Both the position numbers and the translations under genes were made by a program. Below, one piece after another: positions 19,388 through 32,823 of a DNA stretch of 64,000 nucleotides. Source of the DNA: Candidatus Eiseniibacteriota bacterium (GTDB lineage: Bacteria > Eisenbacteria > RBG-16-71-46); contig CAVZLN010000006.1 of NCBI GenBank assembly GCA_963776245.1, positions 224,001 to 288,000 of the forward strand, read 5' to 3'. The notes under the pieces are model-generated. The model was given only the letters and a program-made list of their open reading frames with translations, was not told the origin of the DNA and ran no database searches. Numbering within the stretch: the first letter of the stretch is position 1; each line of letters begins with the position of its first letter.

Positions 19388-20935
19388 CTAGGTGCCGGGG
19401 ACCGCGCCCACCACCTGCTTGGTCAGCTCGACCTTCTTCTCGGTGAACACGCGCATCTCCCCGCGCTTGAGCTGGGGATCGTCCTTGAGGTCCACCCGCA
19501 GCCGGAAACGACGCTCGAGTTCCGCGAAACGGCGCCCCTCCTGCTCGACGAAGAACAGGGCCACCTCGGGGGCCACCTTCACGGTGATGCGCTTCTCGGA
19601 GCCGAGCGCCGTCACCCGGCGCATCGCCCGCTCGAGCTTCACCAGCATGGACTCCTGCGACGTCACCTTGCCCAGTCCGGCGCAGTGCGGACAGTCCTCG
19701 GTGTAGTAGTGGAGCAGGCTCGAGCGCTCGCGCTGGCGCGTCATCTCGACCAGCCCGAGGTCCGAGACCGCGAAGGCCCGGGTGCGGGCGCGGTCCTTGC
19801 GCAGCTCGTTCCGCAGGTCCTCGATCACCGCGCGCTTGTTGGCCTCGATCTCCATGTCGATGAAGTCGATGACGATGATGCCCCCGATGTCGCGCAGGCG
19901 CAGCTGGCGCGGGATCTCGTGCGCCGCCTCCATGTTGGTGCGGAAGATGGTCTCTTCCTGGTTCTTCTTGCCGGTGAAGCGCCCGGTGTTCACGTCGACC
20001 GCGACCAGCGCCTCGGTGTGGTCGATGCAGATGTAGCCGCCCTTCTTGAGCCACACCTTGCGCTCGAAGGTCTTCTCGATCTCCGCCTCGATGGCGAACG
20101 TGTCGAAGATCGGCGCGCGGTCCTTGTGCAGCACCACGCGATCGCGCAGCTCGGGCGACACCATCTTGAGGTAGGACTGGATCTCGGCGAACGACTCCTT
20201 GTCGTCGATGTGCACCTCCTCCACGTCCTCGGTGAAGAGGTCGCGGATGAGGCTCGCCGTGAGCTCGAGCTCGCGGTGCACCAGCGTCGGCGCGCGCGAC
20301 GAGGAGGCCTTGCGCTCGATCTTCTGCCACAGCTTGTGCAGGTACTTCACGTCGGCGGCGAACTCGGGATCGCCCTTGCCGTCGCCCGCGGTGCGCGCGA
20401 TGAGCCCGACGCCCTTGGGCTTGAGGTCGGTGATGATGGCCTTGATGCGCTGGCGCTCGGCGCGCTCTTCGATGCGGCGCGAGACGCCGACGTGGTCCAC
20501 GCCCGGCATCATCACGCAGAAGCGCCCGGGCAGGCTCACCTGCTGCGTGACGCGCGGCCCCTTGGTGCCGATCGCCTCCTTGGTGATCTGCACCAGCACC
20601 TCCTGCCCCTTCTTGAGGCAGTCCTCGATCTTCGGCACCGGCGCGCGGCGGCGCTTGCCGCGGTCGCCGTTCTCGTCGAGGTCGGAGATGTCCTCGAGAT
20701 CGCTGAGCGACTCTGCGAGGTCGGAGGCGTGCAGGAACCCGGTCTTGGGAAGTCCGAGGTCGACGAACGCGGACTGCATGCCGGGCAGCACCGCGTTGAC
20801 GCGGGCCTTGTAGATGTCCCCCACGTGGCGGCGCTGGTCGGCGCGCTCCACCAGCAGCTCGGCGAGCTCGTCGTCCTCGAGGATGGCGATGCGGGTCTCG
20901 TACGAATCGGCGTTGATGATGATCTTGCGTTTCAC
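19388..20935 (-). CDS. Ribonuclease E/G family (Rne/Rng)
   Basis: S1 domain GDIYKARVNAVLPGMQSAFVD, DVNTG, LRLRDIGGIIVIDFIDM and CPHC. Confidence 0.96.
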   Translation of the reverse strand: MKRKIIINADSYETRIAILEDDELAELLVERADQRRHVGDIYKARVNAVLPGMQSAFVDLGLPKTGFLHASDLAESLSDLEDISDLDENGDRGKRRRAPVPKIEDCLKKGQEVLVQITKEAIGTKGPRVTQQVSLPGRFCVMMPGVDHVGVSRRIEERAERQRIKAIITDLKPKGVGLIARTAGDGKGDPEFAADVKYLHKLWQKIERKASSSRAPTLVHRELELTASLIRDLFTEDVEEVHIDDKESFAEIQSYLKMVSPELRDRVVLHKDRAPIFDTFAIEAEIEKTFERKVWLKKGGYICIDHTEALVAVDVNTGRFTGKKNQEETIFRTNMEAAHEIPRQLRLRDIGGIIVIDFIDMEIEANKRAVIEDLRNELRKDRARTRAFAVSDLGLVEMTRQRERSSLLHYYTEDCPHCAGLGKVTSQESMLVKLERAMRRVTALGSEKRITVKVAPEVALFFVEQEGRRFAELERRFRLRVDLKDDPQLKRGEMRVFTEKKVELTKQVVGAVPGT

Positions 20936-20969
20936 GAAGGCATCCTGTGCCCCCGTCTCCGGCGCGCCC

Positions 20970-23630
<2,661 letters not shown>

Positions 23631-23892
23631 GCGGTGGGCAGGCCTCCCGGGATCCCCGAAACCGTCAGCACCCGGGCCGCATCGCTGCGGGCTCGGGGCA
23701 CTCCGGCCGGGTGATCTCGTGGTGAGTGCGGCGGGGCGGCACCTCGCCCGCCGGCGTATGGACGGCGGCACGTTAGCACAGCCCTTGGGGCCGCCCAAGG
23801 ACGGACGTGGAGCGGTCCGCATGCCGCCGCCGCGCGGGTCGTGTATAGTGCGCTCACCCCCTGCGTCTCGACCTTATGAGGACCCGACTCCC

Positions 23893-24582
23893 ATGAGCGT
23901 CTCCGAGCGGACCGCGAACACGCTGAGGCGGCTGCACTCGCTGTCCGGCGTCCTGCCGATCGGCATGTTCCTCGCGTTCCACATGTTCATCAACTCCAAG
24001 GCCGTCCAGGGCGCGGCCCATTACCGCGCCGCGACCGAGGAGATCGCCAAGCTGCCCTACGTGGCCCTGATCGAGGTGCTCGCCATCGGGGTGCCGATCC
24101 TGTTCCACATGGTGCTGGGCATCCTGATCGTGGTGACCGGCCAGGCCAACGTGGGACGCTTCCGCTACGAGCGCAATTGGGGCTACGGCATCCAGCGCGT
24201 CACCGGCCTGGTGCTGGTGGCGTTCATCATCTTCCACGTGTGGAGCTCGCGCTTCGCCCCCGAGGCGCTGATGCCGAACGGGGACCTGTTCGGCCTGATG
24301 AAGCGCCAGCTCTCGAACCCCGCGGTGTTCGCGTTCTACGTGGTGGGGGTCGCCAGCGCCGCGTTCCACCTCGGCAACGGGCTGTTCGGGTTCGCCATCC
24401 ACTGGGGCATCGCCACCGGGCGCAACGCGCAGCGCCACGCGGCCCGGCTGGGATACGCCGTGTTCGTCGTGCTCACGCTGGTGGGGGTCAACGCGCTGTT
24501 CGGGTTCCTCGGCCGGGGCGTACGGGTGTTCGAGCGCGCCCCCGAGGCCGCCGCGGTCGCGCACACGGAGGTCCGGCCATGA
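23893..24582 (+). CDS. sdhC: Succinate dehydrogenase cytochrome b558 subunit (single-subunit, di-heme type)
   Basis: RRLHSLSGVLPIG, several conserved His residues and about five TM segments. A TATAGT -10 lies at 23844-23849. Confidence 0.92.
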   Translation: MSVSERTANTLRRLHSLSGVLPIGMFLAFHMFINSKAVQGAAHYRAATEEIAKLPYVALIEVLAIGVPILFHMVLGILIVVTGQANVGRFRYERNWGYGIQRVTGLVLVAFIIFHVWSSRFAPEALMPNGDLFGLMKRQLSNPAVFAFYVVGVASAAFHLGNGLFGFAIHWGIATGRNAQRHAARLGYAVFVVLTLVGVNALFGFLGRGVRVFERAPEAAAVAHTEVRP

Positions 24583-26396
24583 GCGCGAAGCCGCGCATCG
24601 CGGTCGTCGGCGGCGGGCTCGCCGGCCTGATGGCGACCATCCGGATCGCCGAGGCCGGCGTCCCGGTGGACCTGTTCTCGATCGTGCCGGTCAAGCGCTC
24701 GCACTCGGTGTGCGCGCAGGGCGGCGTCAATGGCGCGGTGAACGTGAAGGGCGAGAACGATTCGCCCGAGATCCACTTCGTGGACACGGTGCGCGGCGGG
24801 GACTTCCTCGCCCACCAGGCGCTCGCGAAGGGCATGTGCTACGCCGCACCCGGCATCATCTACCTGCTCGACCGCATGGGCGTGATGTTCAACCGCACGT
24901 CCGAGGGCTTCCTCGATTTCCGGCGCTTCGGCGGCACGCTCTACAACCGCACCGCCTTCGCCGGCGCCACCACCGGGCAGCAGATGCTCTACGCGCTCGA
25001 CGAGCAGGTGCGCCGCCACGAGGCCGCCGGTCTGGTGACCAAGTACGAGGGCTGGGAGTACGTGGGCATGGCGCGCGAGAGCGACGGCCGCTGCGTGGGG
25101 CTGGTGGCGCTCGACCTGCGCACCATGAAGCCAAAGGCCTTCCGCGCGGACGCGGTGATGCTCGCGACCGGCGGGCCCGGCCTGATGTTCGGCCGCTCCA
25201 CCAACTCGGTCATCAATTCGGGCTCCGCCGCGGCCGCCGCCTACATCGAGGGCGCCTGGTACGCCAACGGCGAGTTCATCCAGGTCCACCCCACCGCGAT
25301 CCCGGGCCAGGACAAGCTGCGCCTCATGAGCGAATCCGCGCGCGGCGAGGGCGGGCGCATCTGGGTGCCGCGGGCCGCGGGTGACGCGCGCGCTCCGCGC
25401 CAGATCCCCGAGGCCGAGCGCTGGTACTTCCTCGAGGAGAAATACCCCCGCTACAAGAACCTGGTGCCGCGCGACGTCGCGAGCCGCGAGATCTACCACG
25501 TGTGCGTGGACAAGGGACTGGGCGTGGACGGCCAGATGTGCGTCTACCTCGACCTCACCCACATCCCCCGCGCCACGCTCGACCGCAAGCTCGGGGGCAT
25601 CCTCGAGATCTACGAGAAGTTCACCGGCGACGACCCGCGCGACGTCCCGATGAAGATCTTCCCCGCCGTCCACTACTCGATGGGCGGGCTGTGGGTGGAC
25701 TACGAGCGCACCGCCGATGGATTCGTGGATCTGGCGAGCCCGAAGAACCACATGACCAACATCCCGGGGCTCTACGCCATCGGCGAATGCGACTACCAGT
25801 ACCACGGCGCCAACCGGCTGGGCGCGAACTCCCTCCTGTCGTGCGTGTACGCCGGTCAGATCGGCGGGCCCGCGGCGGTGGCGTGGGCCCAGAACCAGAA
25901 GGGGTCCGCGGCCGACGTCCCGTCCTCGGTGTTCGACCGGGTCGAGGCGAAGTGGACCGCCCACTTCGAGGGGCTGCGCGCCCGTCGCGGCGAGCACAAT
26001 CCGTACGTGCTCGCCGAGGAGCTGGGCAACTGGATGCTCGACAACGTCACCACCGTGCGCTTCAACGACAAGCTGCGCGCCACCGACGCGAAGATCGGCG
26101 AGCTCGCGCAGCGCTGGAACCAGGCGAGCGTGCTCGACGACGCGACGTGGTCGAACGCGCCGCTGGCGTTCCTCAACCAGCTGTCGAACATGTTCGCGCT
26201 CGCCCGGGTGGTCACCCGCGGTGCGCTCGCGCGCGACGAGAGCCGCGGCTCCCACTACAAGCCTGACTTCCCGGATCGCGACGACGCGAACTGGCTCAAG
26301 ACCACGGTCGCCACGTACTCGCCCGACGGCCCCTCCTTCCGCTACGACCCGGTGGACATCTCGCTCGTCCGGCCGGTCGCGCGGAAGTACGACTAG
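24579..26396 (+). CDS. sdhA: Succinate dehydrogenase flavoprotein
   Basis: GGGLAG, RSHSVCAQGG, QVHPT, HYSMGG and HGANRLGANSL. Confidence 0.97.
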   Translation: MSAKPRIAVVGGGLAGLMATIRIAEAGVPVDLFSIVPVKRSHSVCAQGGVNGAVNVKGENDSPEIHFVDTVRGGDFLAHQALAKGMCYAAPGIIYLLDRMGVMFNRTSEGFLDFRRFGGTLYNRTAFAGATTGQQMLYALDEQVRRHEAAGLVTKYEGWEYVGMARESDGRCVGLVALDLRTMKPKAFRADAVMLATGGPGLMFGRSTNSVINSGSAAAAAYIEGAWYANGEFIQVHPTAIPGQDKLRLMSESARGEGGRIWVPRAAGDARAPRQIPEAERWYFLEEKYPRYKNLVPRDVASREIYHVCVDKGLGVDGQMCVYLDLTHIPRATLDRKLGGILEIYEKFTGDDPRDVPMKIFPAVHYSMGGLWVDYERTADGFVDLASPKNHMTNIPGLYAIGECDYQYHGANRLGANSLLSCVYAGQIGGPAAVAWAQNQKGSAADVPSSVFDRVEAKWTAHFEGLRARRGEHNPYVLAEELGNWMLDNVTTVRFNDKLRATDAKIGELAQRWNQASVLDDATWSNAPLAFLNQLSNMFALARVVTRGALARDESRGSHYKPDFPDRDDANWLKTTVATYSPDGPSFRYDPVDISLVRPVARKYD

Positions 26397-26409
26397 GACG
26401 GAACCCGCC

Positions 26410-27162
26410 ATGCTCCGCACGACGATCGAACTGAAGATCCGACGCCAGGACGGGCCCTCCACGCCGCCGCGGTGGGAGGAATTCTCCCTGCCCTACCGGG
26501 CCGGCATGAACGTGATCTCCTGCCTGATGGACATCCGCAAGCGCCCGGTCACGCGGGAGGGCAGGACGACCACCCCGGTGCAGTGGGACTCGTCGTGCCT
26601 CGAGGAGGTGTGCGGCGCGTGCACCATGCGCGTGAACGGCCGCCCGCGGCAGTCGTGCACCGCGCTCATCGACCAGCTGCCCGAGGGCCCGATCACGCTC
26701 GAGCCGCTCACCAAGTTCCCGGTGGTGCGCGACCTGGTGGTGGACCGCAAGCCGATGTTCGAGGCGCTCAAGCAGGTGCAGGCCTGGATCCCCATCGACG
26801 GCACGTACGACCTCGGGCCCGGGCCCAAGCTGGCCGCGTCCGAGGCGGCCGAGGCTTACCTGTACTCGCGCTGCATGACCTGCGGTTGCTGCATGGAGGC
26901 CTGCCCGCAGTACAACGACCGCTCGGATTTCATCGGCCCGGCGCCGATCGCGCAGGTGCGGCTGTTCAACGCGCATCCCACCGGACGCATGAACGCCGCC
27001 GACCGGCTCGACGCGATCATGGGCCGCGGCGGCCTCGCCGACTGCGGCAACGCGCAGAACTGCGTCGAGGTGTGCCCCAAGGAGATCCCGCTCACCGAGG
27101 CCTTCGGCGAGCTCGGACGCCAGACCACGATGCTCTGGCTCCGGCGTCTGGTCTCGAAGTAG
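26410..27162 (+). CDS. sdhB: Succinate dehydrogenase iron-sulfur subunit
   Basis: CLEEVCGAC, CMTCGCCMEACP and CGNAQNCVEVCP. Confidence 0.97.
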   Translation: MLRTTIELKIRRQDGPSTPPRWEEFSLPYRAGMNVISCLMDIRKRPVTREGRTTTPVQWDSSCLEEVCGACTMRVNGRPRQSCTALIDQLPEGPITLEPLTKFPVVRDLVVDRKPMFEALKQVQAWIPIDGTYDLGPGPKLAASEAAEAYLYSRCMTCGCCMEACPQYNDRSDFIGPAPIAQVRLFNAHPTGRMNAADRLDAIMGRGGLADCGNAQNCVEVCPKEIPLTEAFGELGRQTTMLWLRRLVSK

Positions 27163-27176
27163 CGCGGCGGGCCGGC

Positions 27177-28091
27177 ATGAGGTTCGCGGAGGATCGCAGC
27201 TCCGGCTCGAGCGGGGTGGCGGGCGCCTTCCTCGACGAGCTCGGGCGCTGGGCCGCGCTGGACCGCTCGACCTCGGCGGCCGCGTTCCACGGCGCGCTCC
27301 TGGCGTGGCTGCGCGCCGCCCAGGCGGCGCAGCCGGCGATGGCGCTGGTGCACCAGCTCGCCGCGCGCGCGCTCGACGTCGCGGCGGCGGGGATCGCGCG
27401 CGGGGACCCGCCCGCCGATCTGCGCGCCCACCTCGCGCAGTCGTGCGCGGCGGAGCGTGAGGACCTTGCCGCTTCGCAGGCCGCGGTGGCCCGACAGGCG
27501 AGGAAGCTCGTGGAGGGCCACGAGCCATGGATCGCCACTGTGTCCGCGAGCGCGACCGTGCGGGCGGCGTTCCTCGAACTGCAGCGCGCAGGCCTGGCGC
27601 CGCGCGCGCTGGCGGCCGAGAGCCGCCCGGGCCTCGAGGGCCGCGCCCTGGCCACCGCGCTCGCCGCCGCGGGCCTGCCGACCTGGCTGGTGGTGGACGC
27701 CGCCCTTCCGCTGCTGCTCTCGCAGGCGCGCCTGGTGTGGATCGGCGCCGACGCGGTGACCGAGCTCGGCGTGCTCAACAAGGTGGGCTCGTTCGCCGCG
27801 GCGCTCGCGGCGCGCGAGCACTCGGTGCCGGTGTACGCGCTCGCCTCGCGCCGGCGATTCCTGCCGGCGGCGACGGCGGCGCTCGGCATCCCCGAGATGC
27901 CGCCGGACGAGGTGTGGGACACGCCCGCCGCGGGCGTGCGGCCGCGCAACGTTTACTTCGAGATGGTGCCGCTCGAGCTGCTGCGCGGGATCGTGGTCGA
28001 GGACGCGGTGCTGGGGCCCACCGAGGCCGCGACGCTGGCGCGCGAGCGCCCGCTGCCGGACGCGCTCGCGGCCCCGTTCCGGGCCGGCTGA
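27177..28091 (+). CDS. eIF-2B alpha/beta/delta-like (IF-2B family) protein
   Basis: AQPAMA, AESRPGLEG, VVDAA, IGADAV, NKVGS and NVYFE motifs. Confidence 0.85.
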   Translation: MRFAEDRSSGSSGVAGAFLDELGRWAALDRSTSAAAFHGALLAWLRAAQAAQPAMALVHQLAARALDVAAAGIARGDPPADLRAHLAQSCAAEREDLAASQAAVARQARKLVEGHEPWIATVSASATVRAAFLELQRAGLAPRALAAESRPGLEGRALATALAAAGLPTWLVVDAALPLLLSQARLVWIGADAVTELGVLNKVGSFAAALAAREHSVPVYALASRRRFLPAATAALGIPEMPPDEVWDTPAAGVRPRNVYFEMVPLELLRGIVVEDAVLGPTEAATLARERPLPDALAAPFRAG

Positions 28092-28145
28092 CCGCCCGGA
28101 CCTCGCCTCCGCGCGCCGGACTTCCGGGCGCGGCCGCGCCGGCCC

Positions 28146-29594
28146 TCAGCCCTTGACCACCAGGAACGGCCGGAGCCGCGCGACCGGGTGCGCGAGATCC
28201 GCGCCGGCGACCACGCGCACCACGTCGGCCACGTCCTTGTAGGCCTCGCTGGTCTCCTCGCGCAGCGTGTCGCGTCCCTCGTAGCGCACCACCACGCCCT
28301 GATCGCGCAGCTCGGCCACCAGGTCGCGCCCGCGCGTCTCCTTCACCGCGCGGGTGCGGCTCATCTGCCGACCGGCGCCGTGGCAGCAGGAGCCGAACGC
28401 GTGGGCCATGGCGCCCGGGGCGCCCAGCAGCACGTACGAGTAGCGCCCCATGTCGCCCGGCACCATCACCGGCTGACCCACGGCGCGGTACGCCGCGGGC
28501 ACCTCCGGGTGGCCGGCCGGGAAGGCGCGCGTCGCGCCCTTGCGGTGCACCAGGCAGCGGACCTGGCCCGCGCCGATGGCGTGGCGCTCGAACTTGGCGA
28601 TGTTGTGCGCGACGTCGTACACCAGCTCGAGCCCGAGCTCCTCGGGACCGCGCCGTGACACCCGACCGAACGCGCGGCGGACGCTGTCGGCGATGCACTG
28701 CCGGTTGGCCCACGCGAAGTTGGCCGCCGCGCGCATCGCGCCCAGATAGGCCTGCGCCTCGGGAGCGCGCAGCGGGGCGCAGGCGAGCTGGCGGTCGGGC
28801 AGCACGATCCCCCACGCGCCGAGCTGGCGGACGACGTCGCGCACGTGATCGGTGCACACCTGGTGCCCGAGCCCGCGCGAGCCGCAGTGGATCATGACCG
28901 TGACCTGGCCGCGCGCCAGCCCGAGCGCGGCCGCGCCGTGCGGGTCGAGGATCTCGTCGACCTCCTGGACCTCGAGGAAGTGGTTGCCGGAGCCGAGCGT
29001 GCCGAGCTGCCCTCGCCCGCGCTCGTGGGCGGCTTCGCTGACTGCGCGCGGGTCGGCCTCGGCGAGCGCGCCGCCCTCCTCGCAGCGCTCCAGATCGCTC
29101 GCCCAGCCCATGCCCCGGCCCACCGCCCAGCCAGCGCCCTCGCGCAGCACGCGGTCGAGGTCGGTCCGGGAGACCTTCACGGCGCCGGACGAGCCCACGC
29201 CGCACGGCACCTCGCGCTGGAGCGCGTCGGCCAGTTCCTCGATGCGCGCGCCGAGCGCCGCCCGCGTCAGCCGGCTGCGCAGCAGCCGGACTCCGCAGCC
29301 GATGTCGTAGCCCACCGCGCCGGGCGAGACCACGCCCTCGTCCGGGTCGGTGGCGATCACGCCCCCCACCGGCAGGCCATAGCCCCAATGCGCGTCGGGC
29401 ATCGCGATCGAGGCCTCGAGGATGCCCGGCAGGTGCGCGGCATTGCGCACCTGCTCGGGCGTGCGGTCGGCGAGCATGCGGTCCAGCAGCGGGCGGTCCG
29501 CGAACAGCACGCCGGGCACGCGCATCCCCCCCTGCCGCGGCAGCATCCAGCGGAATTCGTCGAGCCGGACCACTCCGGCGGGCGCCTCGTTCAT
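28146..29594 (-). CDS. rtcB: RtcB family RNA 3'-phosphate/5'-OH ligase
   Basis: MPDAHWGYGLP, GYDIGCG, GSGNHFLE, HCGSRG, HNIAK, HRKGAT, HGAGR and YKDV. Confidence 0.96.
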   Translation of the reverse strand: MNEAPAGVVRLDEFRWMLPRQGGMRVPGVLFADRPLLDRMLADRTPEQVRNAAHLPGILEASIAMPDAHWGYGLPVGGVIATDPDEGVVSPGAVGYDIGCGVRLLRSRLTRAALGARIEELADALQREVPCGVGSSGAVKVSRTDLDRVLREGAGWAVGRGMGWASDLERCEEGGALAEADPRAVSEAAHERGRGQLGTLGSGNHFLEVQEVDEILDPHGAAALGLARGQVTVMIHCGSRGLGHQVCTDHVRDVVRQLGAWGIVLPDRQLACAPLRAPEAQAYLGAMRAAANFAWANRQCIADSVRRAFGRVSRRGPEELGLELVYDVAHNIAKFERHAIGAGQVRCLVHRKGATRAFPAGHPEVPAAYRAVGQPVMVPGDMGRYSYVLLGAPGAMAHAFGSCCHGAGRQMSRTRAVKETRGRDLVAELRDQGVVVRYEGRDTLREETSEAYKDVADVVRVVAGADLAHPVARLRPFLVVKG

Positions 29595-29685
29595 GGCGCG
29601 GGCAGCATCCCACCCCGCCGCCCCCGGCTCAACGGCGGCACGGCGTGACGCGCCCGGGCGGCCTCCGGGCCGGGCGTCGCGCGGC

Positions 29686-32545
29686 TCAGCCCCGGCGCGT
29701 CCGCGCGCGCGTCCGGGGTCGCGCGGGCCGCCGGGCCGCGCGCGCGGGTGCGGCCGGCGGGGGCGAGCCGGGCACCACTCCCGCCTCGCGCAGGTAGCGC
29801 CCGGTCCACGACTCCTCGCACGCCGCGATCACCTCCGGCGCTCCCTCGGCCAGCACGCGCCCCCCGGCTTCGCCCCCGTCCGGACCGAGATCGACCACCC
29901 AGTCGCAGTTGCGGATCACGTCCAGATGGTGCTCGACCAGCACCACCGTGTCGCCGCGCGCCACCAGGTCGTCGAGCACCTCGAGCAGGCGCTGGACGTC
30001 GGCGAAATGGAGGCCGACCGTGGGTTCGTCGAGCAGGTAGAGCGTCTGGCCCGCGCTGCGCCCGGTCAGCTCGCGCGCCACCTTGAGGCGCTGCGCCTCG
30101 CCACCCGAGAGCTGGTTCGCGGGCTGGCCCAGCCTCAGGTAGCCGAGCCCGACGCGCCGCAGCACGTGGAGCGCGCGGGTGAAGCGCGGCTCGGTCGCGA
30201 AGTGCTCGAACGCCTGGTCCACGGTGAGGGCGAGCGCGTCGCGGATGTTGAGGCCGCGGTGACGCACCTCGAGCACCTCGGACCGGAAGCGGTCGCCGCC
30301 GCAGACCTCGCACGGCACCAGCACGTCCGCCAGGAAGTACATCTCGACCGTCACCCAGCCCGCACCCTGGCACGTCTCGCAGCGGCCGCCGGCGGTGTTG
30401 AACGAGAACGCTCCGTCCTTCAGCCCGCGGGCGAGCGCCGCCGGCTGGCGCGCGTACGCCTCACGCAGCGCGGCGTACGCCCCGAGGTACGTCACCGGGC
30501 ACGATCGCGGCGTGCGCCCGATCGGAGATTGGTCCACGAGCACGACGCGGCTCAGGTGTTCGAGCCCGCGCACCGCTCGGTGCGTGCCGACGGGCTCCTC
30601 CTCGCGCTGGTCGAAGCGCTTGCGCGCGGCGCGATAGAGCACGTCCTCCACCAGGCTGCTCTTGCCCGAGCCCGAGACCCCGGTGACCGCGCTCAGACGT
30701 CCGACCGGGAGGCGCGCATCCACACCCTTCAGGTTGTGATGCGTGGCACCCAGCACCTCGATGAAGCGCTCCGGGGCCCCGCCGATACGGTTGCGCGCGA
30801 CCTGTCGCTCGCCCCGCAGGTAGCTCGCGGTCTCGGTCTCCACGCTCTCGAGCGCGGCGCCCGCCGGCCCGGCGTAGAGCAGCCGCCCACCGTGCTCGCC
30901 CGCCCCCGGCCCGAGATCCACCAGATACGCGGCCGCGCGGATGACCAGCGGCTCGTGCTCCACCACCACCACGGTGTTCCCGCGCTCCGCCAGTTCCTCG
31001 CAGGATCGCCACCAGCCGACCGGTGTCGCGTGGATGCAGCCCGACGGTGGGCTCGTCGAGCACGTAGAGCGTCTCGGTGAGGTTCGCGCCGAGCGCGTTC
31101 GCCAGCTCGATGCGCTGCGCCTCGCCTCCCGACAGCGTGCGGGTGAGCCGGTCGAGCGTCAGGTAGCCGAGATCGACGCGCTCGAGGAAGCCGAGCCGAG
31201 CCGCCAGTTCGTCCAGCACCGGCTCCGCGACGATGCGCTCGGAGGGCGTGAAGTCGAGCCCCGCGACGTAGCGCGACGCCGCGGCCACGGTCATCTGTCC
31301 GACCTCCGCGATGCTGCGCCCCGCGAGCCGCACATGGAGCGCCTCGGGGCGCAGGCGCGAGCCCCGGCAGGCGGCGCAGGCGCGGGCGGTCTGGTAGCGC
31401 CGGACGATGAAGCGATTGCCCGCCTTGTAGGACTTCTTCTGGAGCCGCTGCAGGAACGGGACGGCCCCGCGGAAGCCCTCCCCTCCGTCCAGCACCAGTT
31501 CGCGGTGTTCCGGCCGCATGCGCTCCCACGGCAGATCGAGCGGCACGTCGTGCTCGCGCGACAGCTTCTCGAGCCGCGGCCAGGCGATGGAGCGCCACGA
31601 CCGGGCCCAGGGATCGATGGCGCCCTGGCGCAGCGTCTTCGAGGGATCGGGCACGATCAATTCGGGCGCGAACGTGAGCACGTCGCCGAAGCCGCGGCAT
31701 TCGGGGCACACCCCGAGCGGGCTGTTGAACGAGAACAGCGCGGGCTCCGGGCGCATCGCGGGAGTGCCGCAGGCGCGGCACTCCCAGCGCTCGCTGCGGC
31801 GCTCGGGCGCCCGGGCGCCGCGCACCAGTTCGAGCCGGCCCTCGCCGCGGCGGAACCCCGCCTCGCACGCCTCGACCAGGCGCTGCCGCTCGTCCGGGCG
31901 CCAGCTGAAGCGGTCCACCACCACCCCCACGGTGGCCGTCCCGCGCGGCAGGCGCGGCAGCGGCTCCAGCGGCATGGTCTCACCGTCCAGGCGGACCCGC
32001 GTGAACCCCGCACGCAGCAGATCCGCGGCCTGCTGCTCCCACGCCATGCGCTCCGAGAGCGCGACCGGCGCCAGGATCAGCAGGGGCTCGCCGGGCTCCC
32101 AGCCTTCCGCTTCGCGCGCGACAGAACTCGGGCTGTCCACCGCCACGACGCGATCGCAGGCCGCGCAATGCACGGTGCCGAGGCGCGCGAACAGCAGGCG
32201 GAGATGGTCGAGGACCTCGGTCGCGGTCCCGACCGTGGAACGTGCGCTGCGCGCCGGCGACGCCTGCTGGATGGCGACCGCCGGCGTGAGCCCGTGGATG
32301 CTGTCCACGTCGGGGCGCGCCAGCCGCTCGAGGAACTGCCGGGCGTAGGCCGAGACCGACTCGACGTAGCGGCGCTGTCCCTCGGCGTAGAGCGTGTCGA
32401 AGGCCAGCGAGGACTTCCCCGAGCCCGACACGCCCGTGATCACCGTGAGCCGCCCTCGCGGCAGGTCGAGGTCGAGGTCCTTGAGGTTGTGCTGGCGGGC
32501 CCCGCGGATGGAGATCGCGTCCGGCGGGAACGGGGTGTCGATCAA
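29686..32545 (-). CDS. uvrA: Excinuclease ABC subunit A, with one +1 frameshift near 31000
   Basis: Two ABC modules (GVSGSGKSS and LSGGEAQR, each twice) and Zn fingers. The frames join at [15 protein letters not shown] if one base is removed. TTG start inferred; TGaTAGATT extended -10 near 32590-32598. Confidence 0.92.
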
Positions 32546-32618
32546 CGATCGCTCGGGCTGGGGTGCGCAGGCGCGGCCGGGAGGGCGCGAATCTATCACA
32601 CGGGCGCCGGGCGGGAAC

Positions 32619-32823
32619 GCGTACGGCTCGCCCATCCATGAGCGAGCCGTGCGCAGAAGAACTGAGGATCATCGCCAGCCCTGGCGACCCCCAGCCCTGC
32701 ATCGCCGCAGGGCCTACAGGTGCCGGCTGCGGCACTGACGCGGAGCACCCCGGACGTCGCGCGGAGGCGAGCGTCAGGGGTTCAGCATTCGGGGATCGAC
32801 GACTCTCGTCGGTCGATCCCCGA
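32619..32823 (-). other. Array of at least six stem-loops; structured 3' region or ncRNA downstream of the Lys-rich peptide gene
   Basis: Stems at 32619-32654, 32672-32687, 32694-32713, 32720-32735, 32736-32776 and 32789-32823 (12-bp perfect outer stem with a GAGA loop on the minus strand). Confidence 0.5.
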
